A stretch of 64,000 bases of DNA from Paraspadella gotoi (taxonomy: Eukaryota > Animalia > Chaetognatha). The stretch is taken from contig CM119270.1 of assembly GCA_051294375.1 (NCBI GenBank), positions 9,549,530 to 9,613,529 of the forward strand. Direction: 5' to 3'. The notes under the pieces were generated by a model. The model was not told the DNA's origin. It made no database searches and was given only the letters and a program-made list of their open reading frames with translations. How positions within the stretch are numbered: position 1 is the stretch's first letter; each line of letters begins with the position of its first letter. The position numbers and the translations under genes are program-made. Shown piece by piece: positions 11,222-22,142 of the stretch.

Positions 11222-14074
11222 TTTTGTTTTTTTTACTACATAAAACACTGAAGCAATAGATGGTTTATCTTTTAGTTAAATATTTCAACGATAATCACTG
11301 CCTCATCCCATTTGAAGAATTAATCCTTCTGTGAATTTTTTTGCAAGAGAGAACAAAAAAAACCAACGAAAAAAACAACAAAACAGCGAAACAACGAAAC
11401 GAACGAAACAACTAACGAAACGAACAAAGGCGCTAACCCATTGAGCGGCTTTCAGGAGATGACGAAGGCGATGACGAGGAAGGCGGAGGAGAGGAGGCTC
11501 TGCCCTCCTGCATGGATTACACAATGCATTTCCTCACCATCTTCTGGAAAGTCGCTTTCGCCACTGTGCCGCCCACCGGTTAGTACGAATGGAGGGTTTT
11601 AGCTGTGGGTCACTGTGTGGATAAGGCGCTAAGTGGGCAGAAGATGACTATCCGTAACTTCTATAACCCCCTCTAGCAGACATGGAACGGGTCCTGGGCT
11701 TGGAACCAGGCTTGAGGGTTCGCCACACCCCCAAGGCGGCTTACGGCCGTCCTCACACTTCCCGCAGGGTAGGTACCGGGTTGGGATTGAACCCGGTACC
11801 TAGTGGTCATGAGCTGATGGCTTTACTCAATGAGCCACCGGGTCCGGACTGAAGGTGTCATGCTTATAGGCGGGGTGAACCTAGGCAATGCCCGACTAGG
11901 GACTGTGGATAGTGGCGTTAACTGTATAAGGTTTCACAAGGAGACGAAACACGTGAATTAAGATTTGAGTTTATAGTAGGGAGAAAAAAATACGTCATTT
12001 ATCACGAATACCTTTCAAAAAATGAAAAAAAAAATTAATTCTTTTTTAATTTTTTTATATTTTTGCTGCCATCTCTCTTGACGGATTTTTTTTTCTTTTT
12101 GGTCGCGGGTGGGCAAAAAAAAATTAATAAAAATATAACTTGAATTAAAAAAAAAACGAAAGAATACTGGGGCGGTTGGGCGTGTTTCTTCGTGTCCATC
12201 ACGCTGATCGGAGTGTTGACGGCGTTGGTTGGCGATGTGGCGGCGCACTTTGGCTGCACAATCGGCCTCAAAGACACCGTCACAGCCATCACCTTCGTCG
12301 CCCTAGGAACTTCCGTCCCAGGTGCCGAGAATCAAAACCAAATTATAATCGCTTTTCTTTTTGTTTTGTTTTTTTTTCTTTCGTCGGTACCCCTCATCGC
12401 CGATCGCACACGACTTCACTACCAAAACCTTTTTCACTCTCGCACATTCAATTCACTCCATGTTCTCTCTCGTCGTAACCATAATGTCGCCTAATGTAAT
12501 TTAATCCAAATCAAAAAATATACAAAATAAATAAATCAATACATCAATAAATGTATAAATCAATAAATTTAAAAAAAAGAATACTGGAGCGGCTGGGCTT
12601 GCTTCGTTGTTTCCATCATCATGATCGGCGCATGCACGGCCGTCGTCGGAGACATCGCCTCGCATCTGGGTTGCACCATCGGGTTGAAGGTAGGGTCGGT
12701 GATGAAAGATATCGAGCGGGAAATATAGAAGCAGATAAATATAGACATTCAAGGGTTGGGAGAGCAGAGAGGCTAAAATGTCAATCCGCTCTTTAAGACG
12801 TTTTGATCCGAGAGGAAAATCCCCCCCTTCCACGGAGAAGGAATATCTCTCATGCACTCTCCATAAATTTCGAAAAGAAAAATCCTGGAAAATCTTTCCA
12901 AATCTCACAAAAAATGTGACCGAATCTTACAAAACAGGACACAGTGACGGCCATTACCTTCGTCGCTCTCGGCACCTCCGTGCCGGGTAAGTCCCTTTTG
13001 CCTAACTGCCTTCGGCCAATGATCGCCGCATATAGCAGTGGAGACTGACTGTTCAGTAAGGCGGAACAGATTACAAAATAACAGAAATCCGGTATAAATA
13101 TTATTAATATGTTTATTAAAGATCGTAAAAATAAAAAAAATTTAGGATTTATCTTATAATTAAACTCATGGAAGCTATTTTATAATATCCAAATACTATA
13201 CAATATAAAAAAAAATTTAATAATTTTTTTTCAACGGATTCTGATAGAGCTTCAAAAGTTAGATGAAGGTTATTATTATAACTTTTTGAAATTTTAATTA
13301 TTTGTCTATGAAAATTAACAAAAACTATAAAATTGAATGATGATGATAATGATGATTTTTTAAGGTTTTTACAAATTTTAGTTCATTTATCATTAATATT
13401 TTTGAAATATGTAGTTAATACCTTTATCTAACTTTTTAATCTTTATCATAATCTATTTTTAAAAATTTAAATTTCTTAAAAAAATTTTTAAGCATTTCTT
13501 ATATATTGTTAAATATTAAAATACCTCCATGCATAAAAAAAATTAATTTAATCAATTTGGATGTAAAAGGATAAAAGACTACTATTGCAGACTTTTTCCT
13601 ATTCTAAAAAATGTAAAAAATCTGGCCCGCCTTACTGTGTTCAAGCACCGATTGCTGTGGATTGCGTCGACCTTCGTTTTCTTTTCTTTCCTTTTTTTTT
13701 ACGTTATTTGTTGACATGGAAAATGCCCTGCGGTGATTTAAGGGAATTAAAAAGGCTTGTTTTAATCTTTGTTTTTGTTTGTTTTTTGTCGTTGTTTTTT
13801 TAAATAGTTATTTTCATTAACGTAAAACATATTTTTTCTTGTCTTCGATTTAGCTTCACCTCTTGATCGGTAAATGATTTTCTCCTTCCCCTTATTCCCC
13901 CTTTTTTGTCGCCTCATACCACCCTCCCCTTCGACCACCCACAACCCCCTTCCTCCCTTAATTACGCCCCCCCAGATACGTTCGCCTCCAAGGTCGCCGC
14001 CGTCCAGGACGAGTACGCGGACTCTTCCATCGGAAACGTGACTGGCTCCAACGGAGTCAACGTTTTCCTCGGTG

Positions 14075-14108
<34 letters not shown>

Positions 14109-15568
14109 CGATAGAGATGGTGAAACTAATGATGATGATGATAGAGATGGTTATGATGATAATAATTATGATGATCATGTTTATGATTATGATATCTCAG
14201 ATAATGATAATAATGCTAATGATGAAGATGACGATAAAGATGACGATAATTACGACGATGAAGACAACGACGATGACGATTCTAACTGCTCGCTCCCCCC
14301 CCCCTGCCGCCAATTAACTTGGGGCAGGCATCGGAGTGGCCTGGTCCCTCGCCGCCGTCTACCACGCGGCCATCGGGACTGAAGGAGGCTTCAAAGTCTC
14401 GCCCGGATCGTTGGGCTTCTGTCTGACGATCTTCTGCATCCTCGCCGTCGTCGCCATCCTGCTCCTCGTTATTCGGTAGGAAAAGCGGAGGGGTTCCTCT
14501 TCTTCTTGTTGTCGTCGTTGCTCTTTTTTCTTTGTTTTTTTTTCTTCTTTTTTTTTTTAGGTTTCTATCAATCTTTTTTTGATCGTTGTTGTTTCAATAA
14601 TTGTGGATTTTGTTATCATTGTTTCGGTTGTTGGTTATTATCGCAATTATTACTGTTTTTGAGAAAATATTCTTATCTTGGAACTTAGTGAGACATCAAA
14701 TTGAAAAAAACAAAAGAGTGGTCAGTAACGTCCTGTTTTTATGATATTATTAAAGATTTTTAACGTTATTTATCTTGAGACAAGTCTTTAATTCTATAAA
14801 CTAAACATTCATTCAATCACCACCCAGCCCCCCTTCAATTCGTTACTCACCCCCTTCCTCTCTCTCATTCATTACTCTACCCCCTTCCTCTCTTCTCATT
14901 CATTACTCAACCCCCTTCCTCTCTCTCATTCGTTACTCAACCCCTTCCTCTCTCTCCATTCATTACTCAACCCCCTTCCTCTCTCTCATTCGTTATTCAA
15001 CCCCCTTCCTCTCTCTCATTCGTTACTCAACCCCCTTCCTCTCTCTCATTCATTACTCAAACCCTTCCTCTCTCTCATTCGTTACTCAACCCCCTTCCTC
15101 TCTCTCATTCATTACTCAACCCCATTCCTCTCTCTCATTCATTACTCAACCCCCTTCATCTCTCTCATTCGTTACTCAACCCCCCTTGCTCTCTCTCATT
15201 CGTTACTCAACCCCCTTCCTCTCTCTCATTCATTACTCAACCCCTTCCTCTCTCTCATTCATTACTCAACCCCCTTCCTCTCTCTAATTCATTACACAAC
15301 CCCCTTTCCTCTCTCTCATTCATTTTTTTTACTCAACCCCTCTTCCTCTCTGTCATTCATTACTCAACCCCCTTCCTCTCTCTCATTCATTACTCAACCC
15401 CCTTCCTCTCTATTATTCCCCCTCAGCCGCAGCCCCAGGATCGCGGGCGGCGAGTTGGGCGGACCAGTGACGTGCAAGAAGATTTCGGCCTCCATGTTCT
15501 TCGGCTTTTGGTTCCTCTACGTCATCCTCTCCGCGCTGGAACAATACTGTCACATCGAGGGCTTCTAA
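7296..15568 (+). CDS. SLC8A: Na+/Ca2+ exchanger (NCX/CALX, SLC8 family), 3' part; 5' exons not found in the window
   Basis: Phase-consistent GT-AG exons 7296-7390 ([31 protein letters not shown]2), 7925-8046 ([31 protein letters not shown]), 8219-8318 ([28 protein letters not shown]), 11456-11578 ([26 protein letters not shown]), then 12163-12321 or 12580-12689+12938-12986 (…ALGTSVP), 13976-14071 ([32 protein letters not shown]), 14328-14475, 15427-15568 (GGELGGP…YCHIEGF stop). The GTSVPD/GNVTGSN alpha-2 motif and C-terminus are characteristic of NCX. Confidence 0.96.
7552..7581 (+). CDS. Candidate 30-nt cassette micro-exon of NCX ([10 protein letters not shown])
   Basis: Preceded by T-tract + ttaacag, followed by gtatga; 30 nt, stop-free in phase 1, matching both flanking exons; lies in the CBD2 variable region. 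Confidence 0.55.
11640..11846 (-). mobile_element. tRNA-derived SINE-like fragment
   Basis: Minus strand reads ggtggctcattgagtaaagc…ccgggttcaatccc (A-box- and B-box-like); no complete cloverleaf evident; similar heads near 37540-37600 and 54730-54805. Confidence 0.5.
12163..12321 (+). CDS. NCX alternative exon A (TM segment + start of alpha-2 repeat)
   Basis: [53 protein letters not shown]; AG/GT bounded, 159 nt, phase 1-1. Confidence 0.88.
12580..12986 (+). CDS. NCX alternative exon pair B1 (12580-12689) + B2 (12938-12986), paralogous to exon A
   Basis: [37 protein letters not shown] | [16 protein letters not shown]; 110+49=159 nt with the same outer phases as exon A; intact splice sites and many synonymous differences. 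Confidence 0.88.
13054..13637. mobile_element. MITE-like element in NCX intron
   Basis: Terminal inverted repeats cagtaaggcggaacaga / tctggcccgccttactg around an AT-rich core; core (ggattctgat.gagc..aaaagtta) is related to 35850-36455. Confidence 0.65.
14835..15412 (+). repeat. 30-bp pyrimidine-rich minisatellite (cattcattactcaacccccttcctctctct), about 19 copies
   Basis: Directly visible tandem array ending just before the last NCX acceptor at 15426. Confidence 0.95.
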
Positions 15569-15753
15569 GCGATTAGAAGGTAGTACTACGTAGATAATAA
15601 TATTAATAATAATAATAATGAATGATAATTATATTTAATAATAATCATATTAATAATAAGAATAATCATGACCGAGGCCGACATTTCCAAATAATAATAA
15701 TATTGATAGAAACCAAAATTAGACATATATATTGATAAATTAACTTTAACCTA

Positions 15754-15830
<77 letters not shown>

Positions 15831-18800
15831 TAACTCATAAAAAAATGTTCTAATTCACAAATACCAAGCGCTGAAGAAGGCTCGAATTTTGTGAGCCGAA
15901 ACATGTCTGCATCTTATTAAATAAAAATCGTTGTACAAAATTAATTATTATAATTTTTCTAATCTCTGTTCTACTGATCACCCCCTCCCCAATCCTACTC
16001 CAGTCGATCGACAGGAAAGAAAAACGCTCCTTTGTCTTGATGTGATGAAGCTCTGCACCGAATTCCTGGAACCCCACCCTCTTCCCTCTCCTCCAACGCC
16101 TCAATCCACGAAGAAAAGGCTCCTCCACCCCCACACCCTCCTCCTCTCACATTCGCCCACACTCCCCCACCACTCTCTCTCTTTTACGAATCCTCTTCTC
16201 TCTCTCTGACTCCACTCCTCCGCCGCTTCTTATTTTCCTCTAGTTTTTCCCCCCCTTTTTATTTCAAAGACTGAATTTTAAAAAAACAAACAAAAAAACA
16301 ACAATCTCTGAGATCGAACGGTTTTTTTTGACGAATCAAGATGCCAAAAAAAAGTTCGACATCGTCATCGTCGAGGAAATTAACAGCGAAAAAAAAAAAT
16401 GCCGAAGTCTTTTGTTCGCGCTGGAAGATTTTCTGAGTCAGGGACGCAGCGACGCCCCGAGTAGATCCCTCGAAAACCTGACGAGCGAGCGAAAGGAAAA
16501 AAAACAAAAGATTAAGAAGTTCGTCGCTAAAACGGCTCGTTATTTTAGAAAAAAAAAGGAAATAAACTCACAACTATATCGCCGTCGTATCTCTATCACC
16601 AAACTCGCCTTATAAGATGAAAAGGAAAAAGGGAAAGAACCATTCGGATTCTCAATCGGACACGAATCAAAAACGAGCAACTATGAGAAAAATGTCTCCC
16701 ACGCGTCGCGCGAATTCTTCAGGGGTCGATACTGGTCGCGCGCTCTGGTGACAGGACACTTTAAACGACCGCTCGACGACAGTCTCGGCATCTGCGGACT
16801 CCGCCGCCGTTGGCAAACATAAGAACACGACGAACGAACGAAAGAACATCTAGAGAAACTGCTTTAGATACATACTCTCTCCGAATTATTTATTTTATAT
16901 CGATACATACTGTCAGTGATATTAAAAAAAACGAAGCCTTTTTTTGTAAATCTATATGAAAATTTAATGTAGGTAAAATATTTGCTTTTTTTAAAGTATG
17001 TTTTGCGGTAATATCGTTTTAATTTAACAAACAATTGACTGGGTCGTCTATATTAAAATAATGCACGTGTATAAAATCGAAAAAAAAAGATATGATTCGC
17101 TTTATACTGACTCATACATCGTAATAAAAAAAGACCTTGATTGTTTTGTTTAATATATTTATTCAATATATTAAAAATAATAAATATTGTGTCGACCGTG
17201 AAAGACCGCGACTCATAAAAAAAAAAGAAAAAGATTTTGACTCCCATTTACGAAACGTGTGTCTTGTGTCCGACGATACCATCTATCGGCCATGACGCCA
17301 TCTGCAAGACCGAGCGTTTCCAACAACTATAACTCTGGTACACAGAAAAACATTGATTTTTTTTTACGGATATTACGAACAGATTTTTTAATAAAAAAAG
17401 GAAAATTGTCCAAACTGTATTCCTTTACATTAAAGTCCAATCTTAAAATTCGCTATGATTGAACACCCTTTCATGTGTTTCAATTTATTTTTCATCACCA
17501 TAGTTATTTTTATCATCATTATTGATTATTATTAACATTGTTGTTACGTTGCGGCGTTTGGCGAGGACCGAGGGCGACCGGAAAGGCCCGTCGTGGTTTT
17601 TCCATTTGTCTTTTAAGTTTTTGAATTTTTTCCCTCTTTTTTATTCGTGAATTTCCTCGGATCCTCACCGAGCGGAATGTCCGATAAAAAAGTAGCTTAT
17701 TTAAAGAAAATGATTAATTTTAAATCATCAAATGGCTGTTGGAAAAAAAGCTTTCGGGCGCGCCGTTTTCCCCGCGGTCTCGTGACGTCGTAAAACAAAC
17801 AAACATAAACCAAAACTAAAACCTTGCCATTTTTCTCATTCTCATGTTTGCCTTCTTTTTTTCCTGACGAACGAAATCCCATGAACTGACGAAAAAAAAT
17901 TTCATAAATTAAAATATTTTAGTTAAAACGACGCAGTTTTTAAGTATCTTTATTTGTTACAAAGTTCGCATATTTCTTTCAAGTGGATAATTTGCAAATT
18001 TATTTATTTTCATATAAAATCGAAAAGTAGTAATAAAAAAAACTTTCCCAGTTCTCTTTCTAACTGAACATTGGAGGAGAGTAAAAAAGTGAAGATGATA
18101 GACTGTAGTACTTCTCTTAGTTTATTATAAGTGAAGATGATATACTTCTCTTAGTTTATCATAAGTTTTTTTCACGGTCTTTTAATTAAATTCCCTTTTT
18201 CCCATCTCGACCTGGGTAGAATTGAAAAGTAAAGAAAGAATCTCCTTCCCTAATCCTAACGTTTTCTTTTTACCAAAAAAAAAAAACCAACATCCAATTA
18301 TTGTTTTGTTTTGGGGTTTTTCATTCTCAGCATAGAAAACATTCGAATTTTTAATAAATTCACTGTGAATCGTTGCAAAACCAAAAAAGGTGAGAAAAAT
18401 TGCGCCTCCCTCTTGCGATCATTTCGTTTTCCCGCCCCTCTTTTTCCCTAAACGAAAGAAAAGGGCAGTTGGTTTAGCAAAACTCAGTATACATTTGTGT
18501 TCGTTAGATATTTAAGATTTTATACTTTATTTTGCCTGCTTTCGGATATTTTATAGTTATTAACTTTATACACAAAAAACATCAACAAGAACTTTATAAT
18601 TAAAGCCTTTCGAAAAGACTGTAGTAAGGTATGATGGATTGGGCATTATTAATTATAGTTTATTTTATTTATTACTATGAAACTGCTACGAAAACATCCA
18701 TTTTGGCTCCGTAATAATTCTTTTAATAACTAAGTACCAGTCATTTCCGCGCACGTAGTAAGTTATATTTTGTACAGCCAGCTTTTCAAGCAAGTCTCTT

Positions 18801-19989
18801 TTTATGACATAAAAGGTAATTTGTAAATTAACATCTACTACTCATACATAACAGTTTTCAACAAATAAATATTTTTCTCTGCATTTAATTTATTTAAGTA
18901 TATCTTCAGTCTATATATAAACGTTTCAGGTGTTAAAAACACTAGAGTCAAATTTATTAAATTTTTTATATCTTTTAATTTATTTATTTTAGCAATGATT
19001 CATTTCTCGCTATTTTCAAAAACAGTTAAAGACTCAAAAAGATTGTACTTCTTTTTCATATGTTTAGATTGTTTGCGTTAATTATTACATTGTAAACTTT
19101 ATATCCTAGAACCGAAAAACGAAAGAGGTTCAGGTACATCTCTCTCCATCAATGATTTTGTCTTTTTGTTTAAATTTTTTTTTGGTTGGAAATTTGGTCG
19201 TCGTCGTCGTCGTCGACGACGTTGCCGCGTATCATTGTCGATGTCAAGGCGCAGCAGCCCTCCCTTCAAGCGATCCGCGGCAGTTGACTTGTCGCGACTG
19301 AACGCGCGACGCGGCCGTAGTTCCCGATTTAAAAAATGAAAACAATTTATGATTATTTATTGACAAATGTCTTACGAGTGTGAAAACTTCTGTATCCTCT
19401 TAAAAGAAACATTTCTGGGTATTATTTTTTTTCTACTGATATATCGTCATAATAGAGATAATAAAGAGTGAAGTGTTAAAAAAAAGCCCAATCTAAAGAG
19501 CACATTTGTCCCTGTAATTGTTATACTGTACTGTACATTTTGTCATCAAATAGAGTAATGATAATATTGACAATACACGCCAGAGTTATTTGTACATAAC
19601 GGCGAAATTCTTAGAGCAAGTTAGGGATAAAATATCGAATAGCTATGATTTAATTGCGTAATTGAAACAAAAGTATTCTCGTCATAAATTATTCACTTGG
19701 CAACGTGTTTTGAATTTTTATAAAAAACTGATAGCATTAATGGCAGTAAAAGGCTGAGGTTGTTAAAGAGTTCAAAACCTTGAAATTGATAAAAGACGCT
19801 CGGTGCAGCCGTTTTAGTTCTCGAGACCCACTCAGGAAGATAAATCTGGAAAACTACTAAAGCTTTCACATTTAGAATGCAAATTTATGTAAAGTAATTT
19901 TTAATCATACATTTGTGATGGACTTTCTTTATTTATTTTTTTCTGTTTTTCTTTCTATTTTTCTTTCTTTCTTTCTTTCTTCCTTTTTT

Positions 19990-20045
<56 letters not shown>

Positions 20046-21131
20046 TTTTCTACTTTCTAGTCAAAAAATTAACGAAATTTTTTTAACCCTTCGCCTTAAT
20101 TTCCGGTGAACCCCTTTCCTCGGCCGGGGGGGGGGATTTTAAGAGAGAAATGCTCTTTTGACTCTGAGATGCAGTTCCGAAATGCTGCTGAGACTTTCGG
20201 GAGAGACTTGTTGCCTCCGGCGTGCCTCCTTAAATCCTATTTGAACTCGACTCGATAAAAAGGCGAAAAAAACTTTTTTTTCTCGCGGGATTAAAAGGAA
20301 GGAGAGAGATAAAAAGGAGACATTCCGGATCTGTCTTTCACCGCGATCTCTTCCTTCCCCTTTGGTCGTTTCCTCATCTCAACCTGAAAACCTTAACAGT
20401 GACAAAGATTTTATTGTTTTTGTTGTGGATTGTTGTAACTTGTAAGTTAAAGGAAATGATTGGGTTTGTTTTAATTTTGCGTTAAACACCAGAAAAAAAA
20501 ACCCAAAAATTTTCTAATATTTTGGTATCTTTTTAAAATAATTACCAAATATTACAAACAATGTTGTGGTTTGATGATCCCCAAAGAAAATGATTATTAT
20601 TTTTCTCCTATTTATTAGGAGAAAAACGCCAATATTGAAACCTATCATTAGACAATTGAAAGTATAGTTGAGTCACATCGACAAATGAAGACGATGACGA
20701 AATCTCGATAAGAAACCTGAATCCCACAGTTTCAAGCTTGGGTTAAAAAAGACCTTGACTAATTTGACTAAGAACCGAGTCCTTGTCTCAACTCAAGATC
20801 ATAAGACTGCCAACGCGTTTATCATTCGCCAGGAGAATATTGCCCAAGAGTTGCTCAACTCGAAACATGACAAGGACGAAACTCGGTACGGGAACGACGA
20901 GGATTCGACGGGGTTCTTCTCTCTCAGTCCTTAACAACCCACGCCCCTCCAAAACGCCGTGCCCGACCGGTTTCGGGCCGGATTCTATTCCTCGGGAACC
21001 TAAATATTTGGTCCGAGTTTCGTTGGGCGACCGATTTTCCTGTTTTCGACGACCTCCAAATCCTGTTTTCTAGAGACTCAGTCTCTCTCTCCCTCTCTCT
21101 CGCTCTAGATTTTCCTTCTTCCTCAACCTTA

Positions 21132-21480
21132 CCAATAACCTGTTACACTCCAAAGAAATTTCTCCAACGCGGCAGTTTCTGATTGGTCGTTTTCAGTTTG
21201 TGGATCTTTCGTTGGTCGTATCAAGAATCGCATCACTTACGTCGATCACAACTTGGGGAGAATTCGGTGATGCGTCTCGTTTTAAACGTTACACACAAAC
21301 GATGAGAGACTCAATGATTGCTCTTTAGCGATTGGTCGCCCTATTTTTCTCGAACGTTCATTGAGTAAACTTTGATTCTCAAGAAGAGCACATTCGTCGC
21401 TGATTGGTAGAATTCGCGGATCTCTTTCATCCCGCGTCCTTATTGGCTCTCCACCTCATGACGTCAAATTAGCCACATCA
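21132..21480 (+). promoter_or_regulatory. Putative proximal promoter of the CREB3-like gene (CCAAT cluster + CRE)
   Basis: CCAAT at 21132; ATTGG at 21182, 21331, 21403, 21442; palindromic TGACGTCA at 21459-21466; GCCACATCA at 21472; about 310 bp upstream of ATG 21792. Confidence 0.6.
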
Positions 21481-21791
21481 TCCTCAGAATCCAGACGAAG
21501 TCGTGTTCTTCGGGGAAGGGAACGAGCTGCACCGAGAAAAAAAAAGTCAGAGAGCGAGAGAGCGCGCAGAGCGAGCGAAAGACTCGCGACCATCTGGAAA
21601 CTTGACTCCGTCTTGGGACAAGGAAGAACAAGTCCCGTTATCCCAAAAGATGAAATCATTTTTCAAAATTATACCATCTTAAAAATATTTTTTTAACAAC
21701 AACAACGACAATTACGCCGCAGAAAACGCCCCTTTTTGTTAAGTTTTAAACTTAACTACGTAGATAAATAAAATAATACTTATTTGTCGGC

Positions 21792-22088
21792 ATGGATACC
21801 GACGATATTTTCAATCTTCTCTTCGACGGCGGCGACGGGTCGGCTTTTTTGACCGACGTGTTGTCGACTCCGTCTGACGCCAGAGGATCCTCGGACTCCT
21901 TCGTCCACGGAGACCCCTTCGGGCACGGAGCCGCGGACGTTTTGGACACGCCCACTCTCGATCATTTGACCGAAGATCTTTTTGCTGAACTTCTCACCGG
22001 CGGAAAAATCGACTGCGTCGGCGGGGATGTCGCACGAACGGCTGGAGACGATAGATCCGGATCAGGTGAATGAAGACTTAGAAGAATG

Positions 22089-22142
<54 letters not shown>

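Noticed and set aside
11783-11846. Possible tRNA gene
   Set aside because: A- and B-box-like motifs are present but I could not build an acceptor stem or full cloverleaf; treated as a SINE-like head.
14072-14327. Poly-Asp / poly-Met ORFs (13906-14382, 14072-14317) continuing from an NCX exon
   Set aside because: A GAT/GAC microsatellite inside a 256-nt GT-AG intron; splicing it out restores the conserved VFLG-IGVAW sequence.
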